Of a stretch of 64,000 bases of DNA, positions 25,800 to 39,100 are shown piece by piece; within the stretch, counting starts at the first letter, position 1, and every line of letters starts with the position of its first letter. The stretch lies in contig NW_026858232.1 of NCBI RefSeq assembly GCF_026571515.1, positions 1 to 64,000 of the forward strand, written 5' to 3'. The translations under genes were made by a program, and so were the position numbers. This DNA is from Ruditapes philippinarum (Eukaryota). The notes under the pieces are model-generated. The model did not search any database and was not told the origin of the DNA. It worked only from the letters and a program-made list of their open reading frames with translations.

Positions 25800-25877
25800 G
25801 GCATGATATAGCTCAGTTGGTTAGACTATTGACTGTCTCTCCTGAGGTCCCGGGTTCAATCCTGGTTAACACCCTTG
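25800..25877 (+). pseudogene. tRNA-derived segment (pseudo-tRNA or SINE head)
   Basis: A box TAGCTCAGTTGG 25809-25820 and B box GGTTCAATCC 25853-25862, but acceptor and anticodon stems do not pair. Confidence 0.55.
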
Positions 25878-27057
25878 GGATTTTTAGCTATTCAACTGTG
25901 AAACATCAATTACGCCAACTACAGTATGATGTAATTTGAGGGACCCGATTAGAGTCATGTACTACTGTAGTCAAAATATATTGACGTGCCAAAGCTTGAT
26001 TCTGAGATATTTTTGTTCTGGGGCAGAATCTCGCTTTAACGAGATATTGCCCAGGCACGAAAATAGCACAATATCTCGTTGCGGAGTACAATTTGTTGGA
26101 CTAAGTCATGAACTATATCTTTAGAACATCTAGCTTTGTTGACATGATTTCAATATATGTATAATTCAAGATAATGATTTATTTCTTTTATTATTTAGTA
26201 CTTAAATAAAATCATATTGAATACAAAAGTCGGTAAATCACCCTTTTTAATATCTTTTAAAAAGTAATTTATAAAAATGTTTGAGGCACATTAGTTCAGA
26301 CTTCTGTTTTCTTAACAATCTGGAAATTAATCTGTAAAAGGTCAATTTCGCAATCACATGGTCAAACATTTCGGCAATATGGCTGCCTAGACAAGTGCTG
26401 TTTTTTTTACCTGTCAGAAACACTTACTTAGTTTATGTTTGTAATAAGTTTTTTATATGTCCATCCTTGGTTTATCAACAGATTATCAAGGTATGCTTCA
26501 CTTTATGGCATGTTTATTAAATGAATGTATACATAAGCTTGTTATATTCCTGACACTATTATTCGTGGACTTTCTCTATGGGTCTGTCTTCAGCCTTCAT
26601 GTCATGTCATATATAAAAGGGTACGCTGAAGACCTTAACAGTGATTTTTTTTGCAGTTTTTAAAACAACCTGTGGCTTTCTGAAGGGGAAAATTTAGCAC
26701 GATATTTAATCAGAAAAGGTGAAATCAAATTTCAACAGTTGAGAATTTTAATTCAATGTAACATGCATGGTACACAGCAGAGGCTATCTATAGGGATAGC
26801 TTTCTGTCTACTAGCTGATATAAGTCAGCTGCTGTCAAGTCATGGTTCTGATGAATAATGTGCAAAGGGCATTTTAGGGGAAAATATTAGCATTTTTAGG
26901 GGAAAATATATCTATTTTGGGCTAGGGGAAACAGCCTTTTATATTTGGCTGTAAAATACAATGAAAAAATCACTGCTTAAGCTAGTATAGGCCGGTGCTA
27001 GTGATCTTAAGCTTTGTCTAGGCCATTTATGATAACATAAGTATAATTCATTTACAG

Positions 27058-27139
27058 ATGGATTCCAAGTTGAGTCTAATGGCAGCTTTTGATGAATTGA
27101 TGAGGAATGCTAAGGTTTTATCAGCAGGAATAGAACCAG
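27058..27139 (+). CDS. RACGAP1: RACGAP1 coding exon 1
   Basis: tttacag|ATG; [27 protein letters not shown]; G|gtattg. Confidence 0.88.
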
Positions 27140-30100
27140 GTATTGTTACCAGTGTTTTTAACTTATTGATCCTAAATTCTTCGTCACTCAAATTTAAACA
27201 TGACTAGAATACATTTCAACTCTCGTCATTCCTGGCATGTTTAATGTTGTTTACAATATCTGGATATATTTTTCTTTACCTTTTACTTACAATCCATACA
27301 CTTATTACTTGCCTTTAACAATCACTAGAAAGGTTGGCAGTGTTCAGAGATAGATAGACCCCTGGTCATACTTCCCTAGAACTCTTAGGCGCTGGAATAA
27401 TCTCCCATACCAGGTCAAATCCACTTCCAGTGTAGTAATATTTAGAATAGACTAGTGACTACAGCCCATTTCTAGTCCCCACAAGTATGTTTCTTAACCT
27501 TGCACTCTTTTTATTTAACTTTTATCTTTCTAACAAAACACTTGACTACTTTTAATATAGTTTTCCTGACAAGTGTCTCCCAGTTATAGTCAGTTTTGAT
27601 TGCTCAGGAGTATCATGTAGATGTAAATAGATGTTAGAAATAAAAAATTCATTATCACTTTTGCTAAGATTAAACTTAAGCAGGTTAGCTGAATTTCTTA
27701 AATAGGATTGTTTAGCTTACATTTTTGGAACTGTAGATAATCAATTTGGGGATATGAAGATGAGAGTTAAACATAAAAATGTCTCAACTAAATAATGAAC
27801 TATTCCTTTTAAAGAAATATAAGAAAGTACCTTTAACGGTGATACTTTTTTCTCAGAATTTAAAACATTTGTGGAGAACCAGCAATCATGCAGAAGACAG
27901 TGGGCAACATCAGAAGAGGAACTTCAGCATCTGAGAGGGAAGATGATCTCCCTTGAATCTGAGAACAAAACACTGGATGCTAAACTTAAACATGCAAGGT
28001 ATAGAATGAGAATTTTTCATTTGTTATAAATGGCAGTGCTTTACTTTTGAAAGTAGTGTAACTGTTAATGTTCGGTATAATCTTCCAGTTTGTCCTGGCA
28101 TTTGATGAACTTTTCTTCACTTATGATGAACTTTCTAACGGTTGTGATACCATTGAATATGTCTAAATATTCTGTTATCTACTGTTGAAGACATTATTTT
28201 ATCATTCTCATCTTTATTGTAAAGTATAATTGTGAATGTTGGAACCTTAAATAATAGTTCATGCAAAGTAGTTTTACATATTACATGGCTGCAAAATTTG
28301 ATTTTGCCAAAATTTGGTTTTCTTAACTGTTAGTTTAACATTACTTGAATTGTTATTTATACCCATCACACATCTAAATACCTGTGTGTTAAAGTAAAGT
28401 AATATACAGCTATCAGGTAAAATGAAACACAAAATTATTGAATAAAGTTTACTTATCTTAGAATAATTGTTCAAGTTTATTGAAATTAAAATTTTTAATG
28501 TTGAGAAACTTGATTTTGAATTTTTGTAGAAACTTGATAGAAAAAGAAGAACAGAAAAGGTTGAAAGTTGAACATGATAAGGAGCAGCTGGTAGGTGTAT
28601 AACATTATAATATAATTTTGAACAAACTTAATTTGACTGTCACTTTTCATATCTCTTTTTATCACATAAACCGCGGCACAGGAGTGTAATAAAGCCATTT
28701 AATAAAAACAATATTACACTAGTGTAATAACACTTTGGCGTGACATCATTTGCGCTATATAGAAACATAGCGTTAAAGCGCGCTAATGTTAGCGTTACAC
28801 TATAGGCGTGTCGTTGAAAAAATATTCTTTTTTACAGTTTACTGTTCTTATTTTATATTATGTGATAAATAGAATATTATATTCGTGTAGATTCAATACT
28901 AAATTTATTGAACTTGTTGAATAAAACAATATTATGCTCGCCAGAGGCTAAATAAATTTAGTATTAAACTACACTCATTCAATATCCTCTATATTTAGTT
29001 ATTTGTATTTAAGTCTATTTTAATCACATTTGACAGTTGACATTGATTATAATTGTACTTTTACCCTTATAGGAGCGACAGATTGCTCTGATCCGTGAAT
29101 TACTGATGGACAGCAAGCACGGAAATAAATTAGACCAACATGACAGGGAGAGACTGGCGTTCTTAAGCACAACAGCTCAACGATCCACATACGAAGACTC
29201 ACCACCAAAAAGGTATATTAATTTTCAAAGCAATTGTAGCTAAATATATAAATATAAAAAAGTATGCTATCCCTTCATCAATCAGACCATTTTACTAGTG
29301 AGTGTTGTAATTTGAATAAAAATGAAGGCTGTAGTTTTCTGTTAAGGTGATAATGTCCTATAAGAATGTGCTTACATGTGTCCTGTTTTCACAAATGATT
29401 CATCTCCAACAGGAGAACAACTACTCTGGTGCCCGTTGGTGTCTGAAATAATTCACAGAAGGGCACCTGAGGTCTTCCTCCACCAGTAAAGCTGGAACGT
29501 TGCCAAATGACCTATACTGTGTCGGTATGACGTAAAACCCAAAACAAACAAATCAACAGGAGTAAAAGTATAAGATTATTCTCTGATATAACATGAACAT
29601 AAATCATTAATCTGCATGTTTGCATACATGTCATTGTCTGTGTTTGTAGGTTATCAAGGATCAACGAGTCGAACCACTCTGTACTGTCGGATGAGGACAT
29701 AGATTACTGGGATAAGACAGAAGAGGACCTCGAACCAGCGTGTGGCGGGCGTCGTAGACGTAGCAAGCGCAACAAGAGACCGTCAGCTCCGCCACAGGAA
29801 GACATGAATGTGACGCCGCCAAAGAGACACAAAACTATAGAGGTATGATAAAATCTTTCTAACCAAATAATTGTATTATCAGCAAGTTGTAATAAGTATT
29901 AGACACAATACAGTAATATAAGTTCATGCTATAGTTTTGGTAATACACAATTTTCCATAAATCCTTTAAAAATTGTGTGACACATAATGTATCATGACAC
30001 TTACCTATTCTAAGATTGTACCTGATATAATGTGTGATGAGGATCAGAGATCTTCATCTACCAGTGCAGACTGTAAAGTTATAATTTGACAGCTTGAATT

Positions 30101-33100
30101 TAAATCAAACCCAAATTAGAAAATTGTCTATTTACTATTATTGTAGGAGAATGAAGTGGTGACAACAACAACAATCACAGTAACGGCAGATGGCCGGCCA
30201 ATCGAGGCAACAACAGAAGTATCTGTACCAAGTGCTGGTCGTAAGCTTAACAAAAGTTTTAGCGAACCTGCATTGGACAAACATATGATGGGTAAATGTT
30301 TATTTGGATTAAAGAAATTGAAGAATTTATTTTATTTTATGCTTTTTAGCTCGACTATACGAAGTATATTGAGAGCTGTCCAACTCGACCCGGCGTCGGC
30401 GTCCGCGTCCAGATTTAAGATTAAAGTTTTGGTGCAGTAAAATATTTTTCATTATAACTTTGTCATTTCTTAAGGGTTCAACATCATACTTCAAATATAT
30501 TTACGTTATCATCAACCACATCTTATGTGACAAATGTCATAACTCTAGCACCAATATTTTCAGATTTATCTCCCGTTGAACTTAGAATTTTCCTTAAAAA
30601 ATACTATTTTTTTACTGATACTTCTTTATTTCTTAAGGGATCAACCTCATACTTCAAATATATGTACCTTATCATCATCCCCATCTTATGTGACAAGGTT
30701 CATAACTCTAGCACCAATATTTTCAGATTTATCTCCCCTTGAACTTAGAATTTTCCTCAAAAAATACTATTTCTTACTGTTTCTTCTTTGTTTCTTAAGG
30801 GATCGACCTCATACTTCAAATATATTTACGTTATCATCATCCCCATCTTATGTGACAAGGTTCATAACTCTAGCACCAATATTTTCAGATTTATCTCCCT
30901 TTGAACTTAGAATTTTCCATAAAAAATATTATTTTTTACTGTAACTTATTTATTTCTAAAGGGATCAACATCATACTTCAAATATATTTACGTAATCATC
31001 ATCCACATCTTATGTGACAAGGTTCATAACTCTAGCACCAATATTGCAAGAATTATCTCCCCATAAACTTAGATTTATTTACTAGAAAAATGTTATTTTT
31101 TATTTTAACTTTTTTATTTTTAAAGGTATCTACCTCAAACTTCAAATACTTATACCTTATCATTAATTACATTTTATGTGACAATGTTCATAACTCTTGA
31201 AGCAATATTTACAGATTTATCTCTCTTTGAACTTAGGATTTTCTTTAAGAAATATAATAACTTATTTACTTTTTAAGGTATCTACTTCAAACTTCAAAAA
31301 TATATTTCTTATCATTACACAAATGTTGTGTGGCAAGATCCATAACTCTAGCATGACTATTTCTAGAATTATTCCCCTTGATCTTGGAATTTATGTTAAC
31401 AAATGTTATTTTTTTACTATAACTTAATACGTAATTATACATAATTGATTTTTCTTTCATAGTTTTGTCCTCCTTACTGCGTCCAGTATTTTATTAGTCG
31501 AGCTTCGCTGTCTCCTGTGACAGCTCTTGTCTAAGCATCCTAAGAGGCACACAAAATTCAGAGGGCATCTGGCCTTCTTCTACCTGTCTGACTATCAGAC
31601 ACATTTCTTATGCCGAAAAGGTTTTGTTATGTGTACAATTGTTTATAATTTTGGTTTTGCAAATGACCCAGTGTTGTGTGGTTTGTAATTTTTGCTTTCT
31701 TCAACTAAAGTAATGTGTATTTGAATATGACTGTACATGTCATTTTGTAAAACTTGTTTTCAAGTTCATCTACACTTAACTGAATAACATATTTGATATC
31801 CAGCGTTTAATTGGAAAAAGTTTTTATTAAGTATTGTAGCTTTTTTAGTAAGTAAAAACAATTTTCATTCATGCCTTATTGTTTATCTTTCTATCATAAA
31901 AGTTAACTAGAAAATATGATCATGTTGTAGAAAGTGAAACAGAATCAGATGCTGATCCATGGACGCCAAGAAATATGAACACAAACGCCAGCAAGAGCAC
32001 CCTGAGAGGAACACCTACGTAAGTTTTATTTGTTGACACGTGATTGTGTACTTAGAAAAAAGTAAATGCTTGGGGCAAATGTTTGACCTCATGTGATCTA
32101 TGATGTTAACCTACTTATGAACACTTTCATAAGTTTTAGTTGCTGATATAGGATTAAGGTTTTAGGGTAGTAGTTGTTTTTCACATAATTGGCCTTTGAT
32201 AGTCTTCAAGTCAATCATTTATAAATTCTGTTGACTAGAGTAATTAAGATCCATCATGTGTAGTTGTTGCAATATTTGACATCAATGAGAAAAGCTTATA
32301 TTCATTTATTTCACCATAAAAGACATAAAAGATTTAAATGGGGGGGGGGGGGGTGGAATGTCTACTTTACAGTGTACAAATATATTTGTAATAATTGTGT
32401 AAGAAAATGACAAGATACCTTTTATGTTTCAGGATATACATTTCTTGAAGTTTCAAGCATTGTAAATATCGCAACAGATTTACTTGATCGTGTTATTGCT
32501 TAATCTTGGAATATTAACAACAAGTATAATGTTGCTATGCCTGTAGTATATAGGCATGCTGGCATTAGTTAGAAAGTCAGTTTGTCCTTGGCTTTTAGAG
32601 AGTTAATACTGTCTGAAGTAAGCCAACATTAGATCTGAATAAGTACAGTTTTGTTAATACAGTTTGTCATGCTTTATTTGTCATCAGGACACCGATGTTG
32701 AGGAAAGCACATTCTGCTAGCAAAGGTTTGAACAGAATTCACTTCTTTATCTCGGAGACAGTGATTAGACCGAGGACTTGTGTACCGGTATGATTTTATT
32801 CAAATTATGCCCTATGGGCAAACATATTGTTTAATTTTGTTCGGTCTTCTTCCTAAACATATTTTATGCAATATTCCAGTTTTTTTTTTCTTTTTCAATT
32901 TTAACTTCTTTTTTTTTTTTCAGAAAATTAAAATATTGGCCCCATTCACTTTTTGTTTTGTTTTATCTTTCCTGTCCATTATTTGATTCTCACATAAGTG
33001 GTATGTGAATTTGTTTTTAGTCATTTGAATGGTATAAAAGTATCATCTTCAAAGTACCTGAGTCCTTGTCTTTAAAAGAGCTTTACACTTATAAAATAGT

Positions 33101-36100
33101 CCTTAAATTTACTTGATAAGTCTAAGTATGTAAATTTGTTATTTACATGTCTGTGTTTACCTTTACAGTGTGGAAAGAGAATTGGCTTTGGAAGATTGGC
33201 TATGAAATGTAAAGGTAAGTTTGTATTATTATTTAAAAAAAAGGACTGGCAATTCTTTCAGGAGTAATTGAGTTCAATGTTTTTCTAGGCCAATGCACAA
33301 AAACTTTTATAAACAGTTGATATTTTACAGTTAATCTTAATCTTTGAAAATTATGATTTTAGGTGATACATGTTTGGTTCATTGATAAGTGCGCATCTGC
33401 ATCAAACCAATTCTTTTATTATCTAATGATCATGACCAGATTTCCAATATATAAATCATTAATGCTACAGACATATTTTAGTGATTTTAAACATGTGGCT
33501 AATGTGCGACAGAAAATTCTAATTGATTTTAAAATTATATTTCTTTAAAATTGATGTCTGTGTGTGAAAATGACCAATGTTTTGTGTATTACAGATTGCA
33601 GATCAATTTGTCACCCTGATTGTAAAGATAACCTGCCGTTGCCTTGCATATCAGCACCACCCACTCCAGGAACCGGTAAAGTACAAGGGGTGAGATCTTT
33701 ATTTATATAACTCTCAAAACACAGGAAGTGTTAAAAACCTCCTGACTTAAGAGCCATACTAGCCAGGCCAGACTCCAGTATGTATATGTTGATTTTACGT
33801 ATTGTATTGTTGGCTGCAGCATATGGTTATAAAATTTCTGTAATTAAAACATGATCTGTACAAAACTATTGTAAATTTGAAGAAGAAAAAACAACAAAAC
33901 AAAAAAACAGCAACATAAATGATAAAACTGTAGGATTTATATATTTGGACTTGGAACTTATAAATATAGAAATAAAATTTCAGTCAAATATAGCTTACAC
34001 TTCAGATAATATTCTCACAGTAAAAACTTACATGTAAATTAGCTCAGCCAGACATGTTTAAGTGCAATATATATTTGTAATCAACATCTCATCACTTCAT
34101 CTATGTAATGGACATTGCCTTATTTGAAATTGAAACTGTCCATATTTAAATTATGTAGAGATTTTGAGATCACATAGTTGAGTTTGTTATTGCTTTCTTT
34201 ACCTGGCAAAGTTACACTTTTGTTTTGACTGCGAAAGTATAAAGATTAGAATTATCAAATAATATGTATATTTTCAGGGGATATTGTCTGATTATTGCCG
34301 AGATGAATGCCCAATGATTCCAGGCATAGTGGTAAGTCCTCTCATCTTTTGTGATAATCATCCATATTTCTCTTAACTTCATTTATAGTAATGGACAGGT
34401 GTGGCACCTCATGGAGGTCCAGTAAAAGCTGTAAAGTCACAATGTTTATTAATAGAACATAAACACGGTAACAGTATTGATTGACTTGACTGAGAAATAA
34501 GAATTTAATTTCTATCTGCATTATTATATCTGACTAAATTCTTCGCATCTAACATCTTTTTCATTTATTTTGCTTTGGTAAGGTGTAACTTTTATATGGA
34601 GATGAAATTTTCAGTTAGTGACTGCAGTTTTTTTGTGCTTCCTTAACTTACATTTAAAATGAAATTAATATTATTTCTAGATTTATGTTTTTTTCTAATG
34701 ACCATTTTGTCATTGATTTACAGATTCATTGTGTGAATGAGATAGAGGCTCGGGGACTTAATGAAGTAGGAATCTACAGGGTACCAGGGTATATATACAA
34801 TACTAATAAACATGTTACTCTAAATAGTAACAATCAAAAAGTATCCAATTAATTATTGCAATTTGAGCAGTGTTGTGATTTAAGATATATCCACTTTCAT
34901 ATATAAAAAGACTATATTGTCATGTACTGCATGTTAAAAAGATCGGGTGATTTCAGGAATACTGATTATGCAAGTTATTTTGTGATGTAATGTTCAAAAT
35001 TTTACCACATATGCATAGATTTCTTAATGTACTGTAAAAGAATATTCTATTTAAATGCCTTCATTAAGGTGAGCAAATATAAGTTTACACTTCTCCGTCG
35101 ACTGACAAAACAGTGTAACTTGCCGATGGTCACATTTATAGTTTTAAATGATTTGCTTTATGTAGAAAACAGGACATGTGTAGCTTAACAAAATGCATGT
35201 TTTAAGTAGCAAAGAATTTCATGATTCATCCAATGGGTTGATGTATTGATACTTCTTAGCCTAGATATGTATTTTTATGGTCTATTTGGTCCAACTTGTT
35301 ACTTATCTAGAGTTGAAGTTATTTAAATTTATATTAATTTTCAGATCAGCCTAATTACTCAAAGAACTCGTTATAGAACAATGGAAAATGATAGTTCCAT
35401 TTATAGTTATATAATTTTGAAAGAGTGAAGGGGGAAAACTTACTTTTATGTAATAGAACATGGCAAGGGGGATGATTTTATGATTGCATATATACAGTAT
35501 TTATTAGAAGTTTATGCGAAAAAAAGGAAATTTTCATCTGATTTTTTTCGTTTGCAGATCTGACAGACAAGTTAAGGAACTGAAAGAAAAGTTTTTCAAG
35601 GGCAAAGGCATGCCAAACTTGGTAAGTAAGATATTTTTGTTTTTAACTTTCTTTATTGGATACATACAAGTAAGAGAAAATGAATATATAGATATATAGA
35701 ATAATTGTGGCCCTTGTAATTCTTCAACTCATTAGTTAGATAGAAGCGAAACTGGTAGAAAATAAATAACCTAAACCAAATCTGGTGTTGTAGTGTTGGA
35801 CTTCACCATTTTCATCTTACTTTGAACTCATTATGTTAGATAGACATAAACCTTCTTTATAAGATGGTAGATTGTCCCTCTATAATCAAAAAAAAAAAAA
35901 AAAAAAAGAACAATATAAAAAAACATTTTTATTCTTCCTAGATGATGATAAATGGTGTAGAAGTAAATATAGGGAATAAAAGTGTAATGTTAGTCTATAA
36001 TCTAAAGTATAACTGTGACTTGATAAAAAAAACTCACATAAATTGAAAGATTGATGTAAATCGCCCAATGTTTGATATTTATATAGCATGTTTCACAAGT

Positions 36101-39100
36101 TATTCACGGAGGTTTACACTCTTTAAAATATCAAATTGTTACTTTCAGTCAAATATTGATGACATTCATGTAATATGCGGCTGTTTGAAGGACTTTCTTC
36201 GAGGCCTGAAGGAGCCATTGGTAACATTCAGATTGTGGAGAGATTTTGTCCATGCAGCTGGTTTGTTCTCTAGTTTTTGTTGTTAAATTATTATCCTTGG
36301 GCCATTTTCAAGTAATTCACCAGTTTTTCAGTTGTGGAAATTCTGGTTATTAGATTTGTCAAATGGCTGGTGATTTGGCCTTTGGGTGTGGTTCAAACAG
36401 GTGGTTTCCGGTCGATAACAAGTCAAGATTTGAAACGAGATATTATAATAACACTTGGTATATTGCAAGCTTATTTGAATTATTATTATTTTGATCTTGT
36501 AGAATTATCTTACATAGAAAGTGGAAAAAATTATTTTGGGTGTTGGATTTATTTGCAATAAGCCTTTGAACGTTACAACAAGTAAAAAATATTGTGCTAA
36601 TAAGTTGAGAAAGGATTTTTGTTCTACTTCGCGTTATGTGTTTAAACTAAATTAAAGGTTATACATGTTATTGTTAACATCTTTATTATATATGTATAGA
36701 AAATCGGGACAAAGCAATGGCAGAGTCAGACATGTACCAGGCGCTGAGCGAGCTGCCACGAGCCAATAGAGATACAATAGCCTTCCTTATGCTTCATTTA
36801 CTCAGGTATGCAGTGATTTACCTTCTATTCTAACATGCTTCAAAATATTCCCCCTATCAAACAAAAAGGGCAGTCAAGAGCATTATTACATGTTTATTAT
36901 TAAGTGCACAGCATAAAAAACAAATGCTCACATGCCACATGACATCATGTATGACATCAATAAATCAAATGATGTTAAGAATGTTACTTCTGCACTCAAT
37001 GTAGCATGTTAGAATGGAAGTAGATATTAATTTTTCTTGATAGTATAATAATGCACGGTTTATCGTTGAAATGCTTTGTAATTAATCACTCAAGCCTGTC
37101 AGTCCTGGGCATTTACCATGCATTATTCTACAACAACGCACTCAAAATTGACATCTATTTCCTAAATAAATAATAATTTGTTTTATAACACTAGGCATTA
37201 CCTGTAGTTGATATGTGCACAAAATAGAACAACAAAATGGTCCAACTGCAGACAAAAATTAAAATAAAGTTTATATCAAGGATCCCTTGTCTAGCAGGAC
37301 TGTATTACTATTTCATAGAAACAAAATTGTTATATGAATAATATATATATATCATAATGGGAAAAGTGATTAAGAAATGTTGTTCTTTTACTGTGTTTAG
37401 GGTGTCACAGACCACAGAATGTAAGATGCCGGCAAACAACTTGGCCCGTGTGTTTGGACCCACCCTCGTAGGCCACTCTTCCCCAGAACCCGAGCCCATG
37501 CAGCTGATAAACGAGACTAAATACCAGGCCATGGTAATGGACCGTCTGTTTGAGATACCTGAGGATTACTGGATCAACTTTATCAGTGACGAGGCTGAAA
37601 ACATGTACCCAGATGTGAACACCCCACAGACACCAGAGGTCACAAGAGGGTGTAAGTATAAATCTGTTAAATGAGACAACAAAATGCCTCTCTGACACTG
37701 TTACAATTGACTTAGATATTTATTTGTTCATAAATATTGGAGTAGAAAAGTCTAGTGTGTATAAACTATAATTAAACTTAACATAATAACTTTATCAAGC
37801 AAACATCTGCTGACCAAGACCAGACAACCTTAATAGGCATTTTATTTTGTACAAAACATGACAAAATTGCAGACATGATTACATTGCTTACTTACATTTA
37901 TAATCAACTTGTGTCTTTTTTAATGTTTATGTAAATAATAATCATAAATATATTCCATTTACTTTACTATTGATTGAAATATTCGTGTTGCATAGGTCAT
38001 GTGTATTGTATTATCATCAAGCATAAGCCCAAAAGTAAGCCCAGGTCCTTACATGCAGCAACATGAGATAAAGCATCAATATTCCATGGTTATCTTAATA
38101 TCTTTATCTTAACACTTCAATTAGCATAGCCTATATGCTTGTAGCTTAGAAATGTGGGGACTATAATATTTTTAATGGTGTACAAGTCTGTATTATTTTC
38201 AGGGCACTACTTTTATTATAAAAAAATATTCTTGTTTTACTTAATATTTCTTTTTTCTGTATTAAACATAAAGATATTGTATTAATATTTTTGTATGTTT
38301 CAGTGTTAGAGAGTAGATTAGGACCAGTGCATACACCTGGTTCTGGTTATGAAAGGAGTCGAACATGGGCGGCCAGGACACCAAGGTAAGTCATCATGTT
38401 TATATAGTGATAAATTGGCCGTTGCTTTTTCATATTGAACAATAAATAAGTATATGTATTTTGATAAAGAAATAGCCATCTGTTCATTTGGAATGGGTGT
38501 TGTTTGTACGTAAACAGACATTAACTGTTGAAGCAAAGTCCCAAGTACCAATTTTATATTTTAGGCATGAGTTTAAAAATGGGTTGAAACTACCTTCCAA
38601 ATAAGCTTGTAGGATAAAAATGAAAACAATTTCATGCTGAAATAAATTTATGCTTTTGAATAAGTTAAGTATGATGGAATTTCCTCACTTGCCTTTATCA
38701 TGGCTTTATTTGGACGTGATAGTCTTATTTTTTTTTGATATTGATATTGACTTTAGCATTACTTTCAAACTTGTATATGAATTGTTTAATTATATTAAAG
38801 TCTGCAGGTGAAAGCAACAACAAAAAATAACAAGTAAGCCTTTAGTGGTATCTTTACAGATACATTTAAATAGGTTGCTTATTTCTGTCTTTTTATTTAT
38901 ACCAGTCTTGTTCAATTAAGCCCTAAATTGAAATAAGAATGACTTGCTTTTGGTAACAGTTGATTTGATTTGTGGACAAAAACTTGTCTTAAATATTTAC
39001 AGATATGAAAAGGCAACTGTCAGATTAATAGTTTTTGAAGGCTTTTTATAGTTTGGCCAACCTTCACCTTGCTAAACTTTTTCTTTTCAAATGCTATTGC

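Noticed and set aside
32340-32353. G14 homopolymer in RACGAP1 intron 7
   Set aside because: Isolated mononucleotide run with no supporting context.
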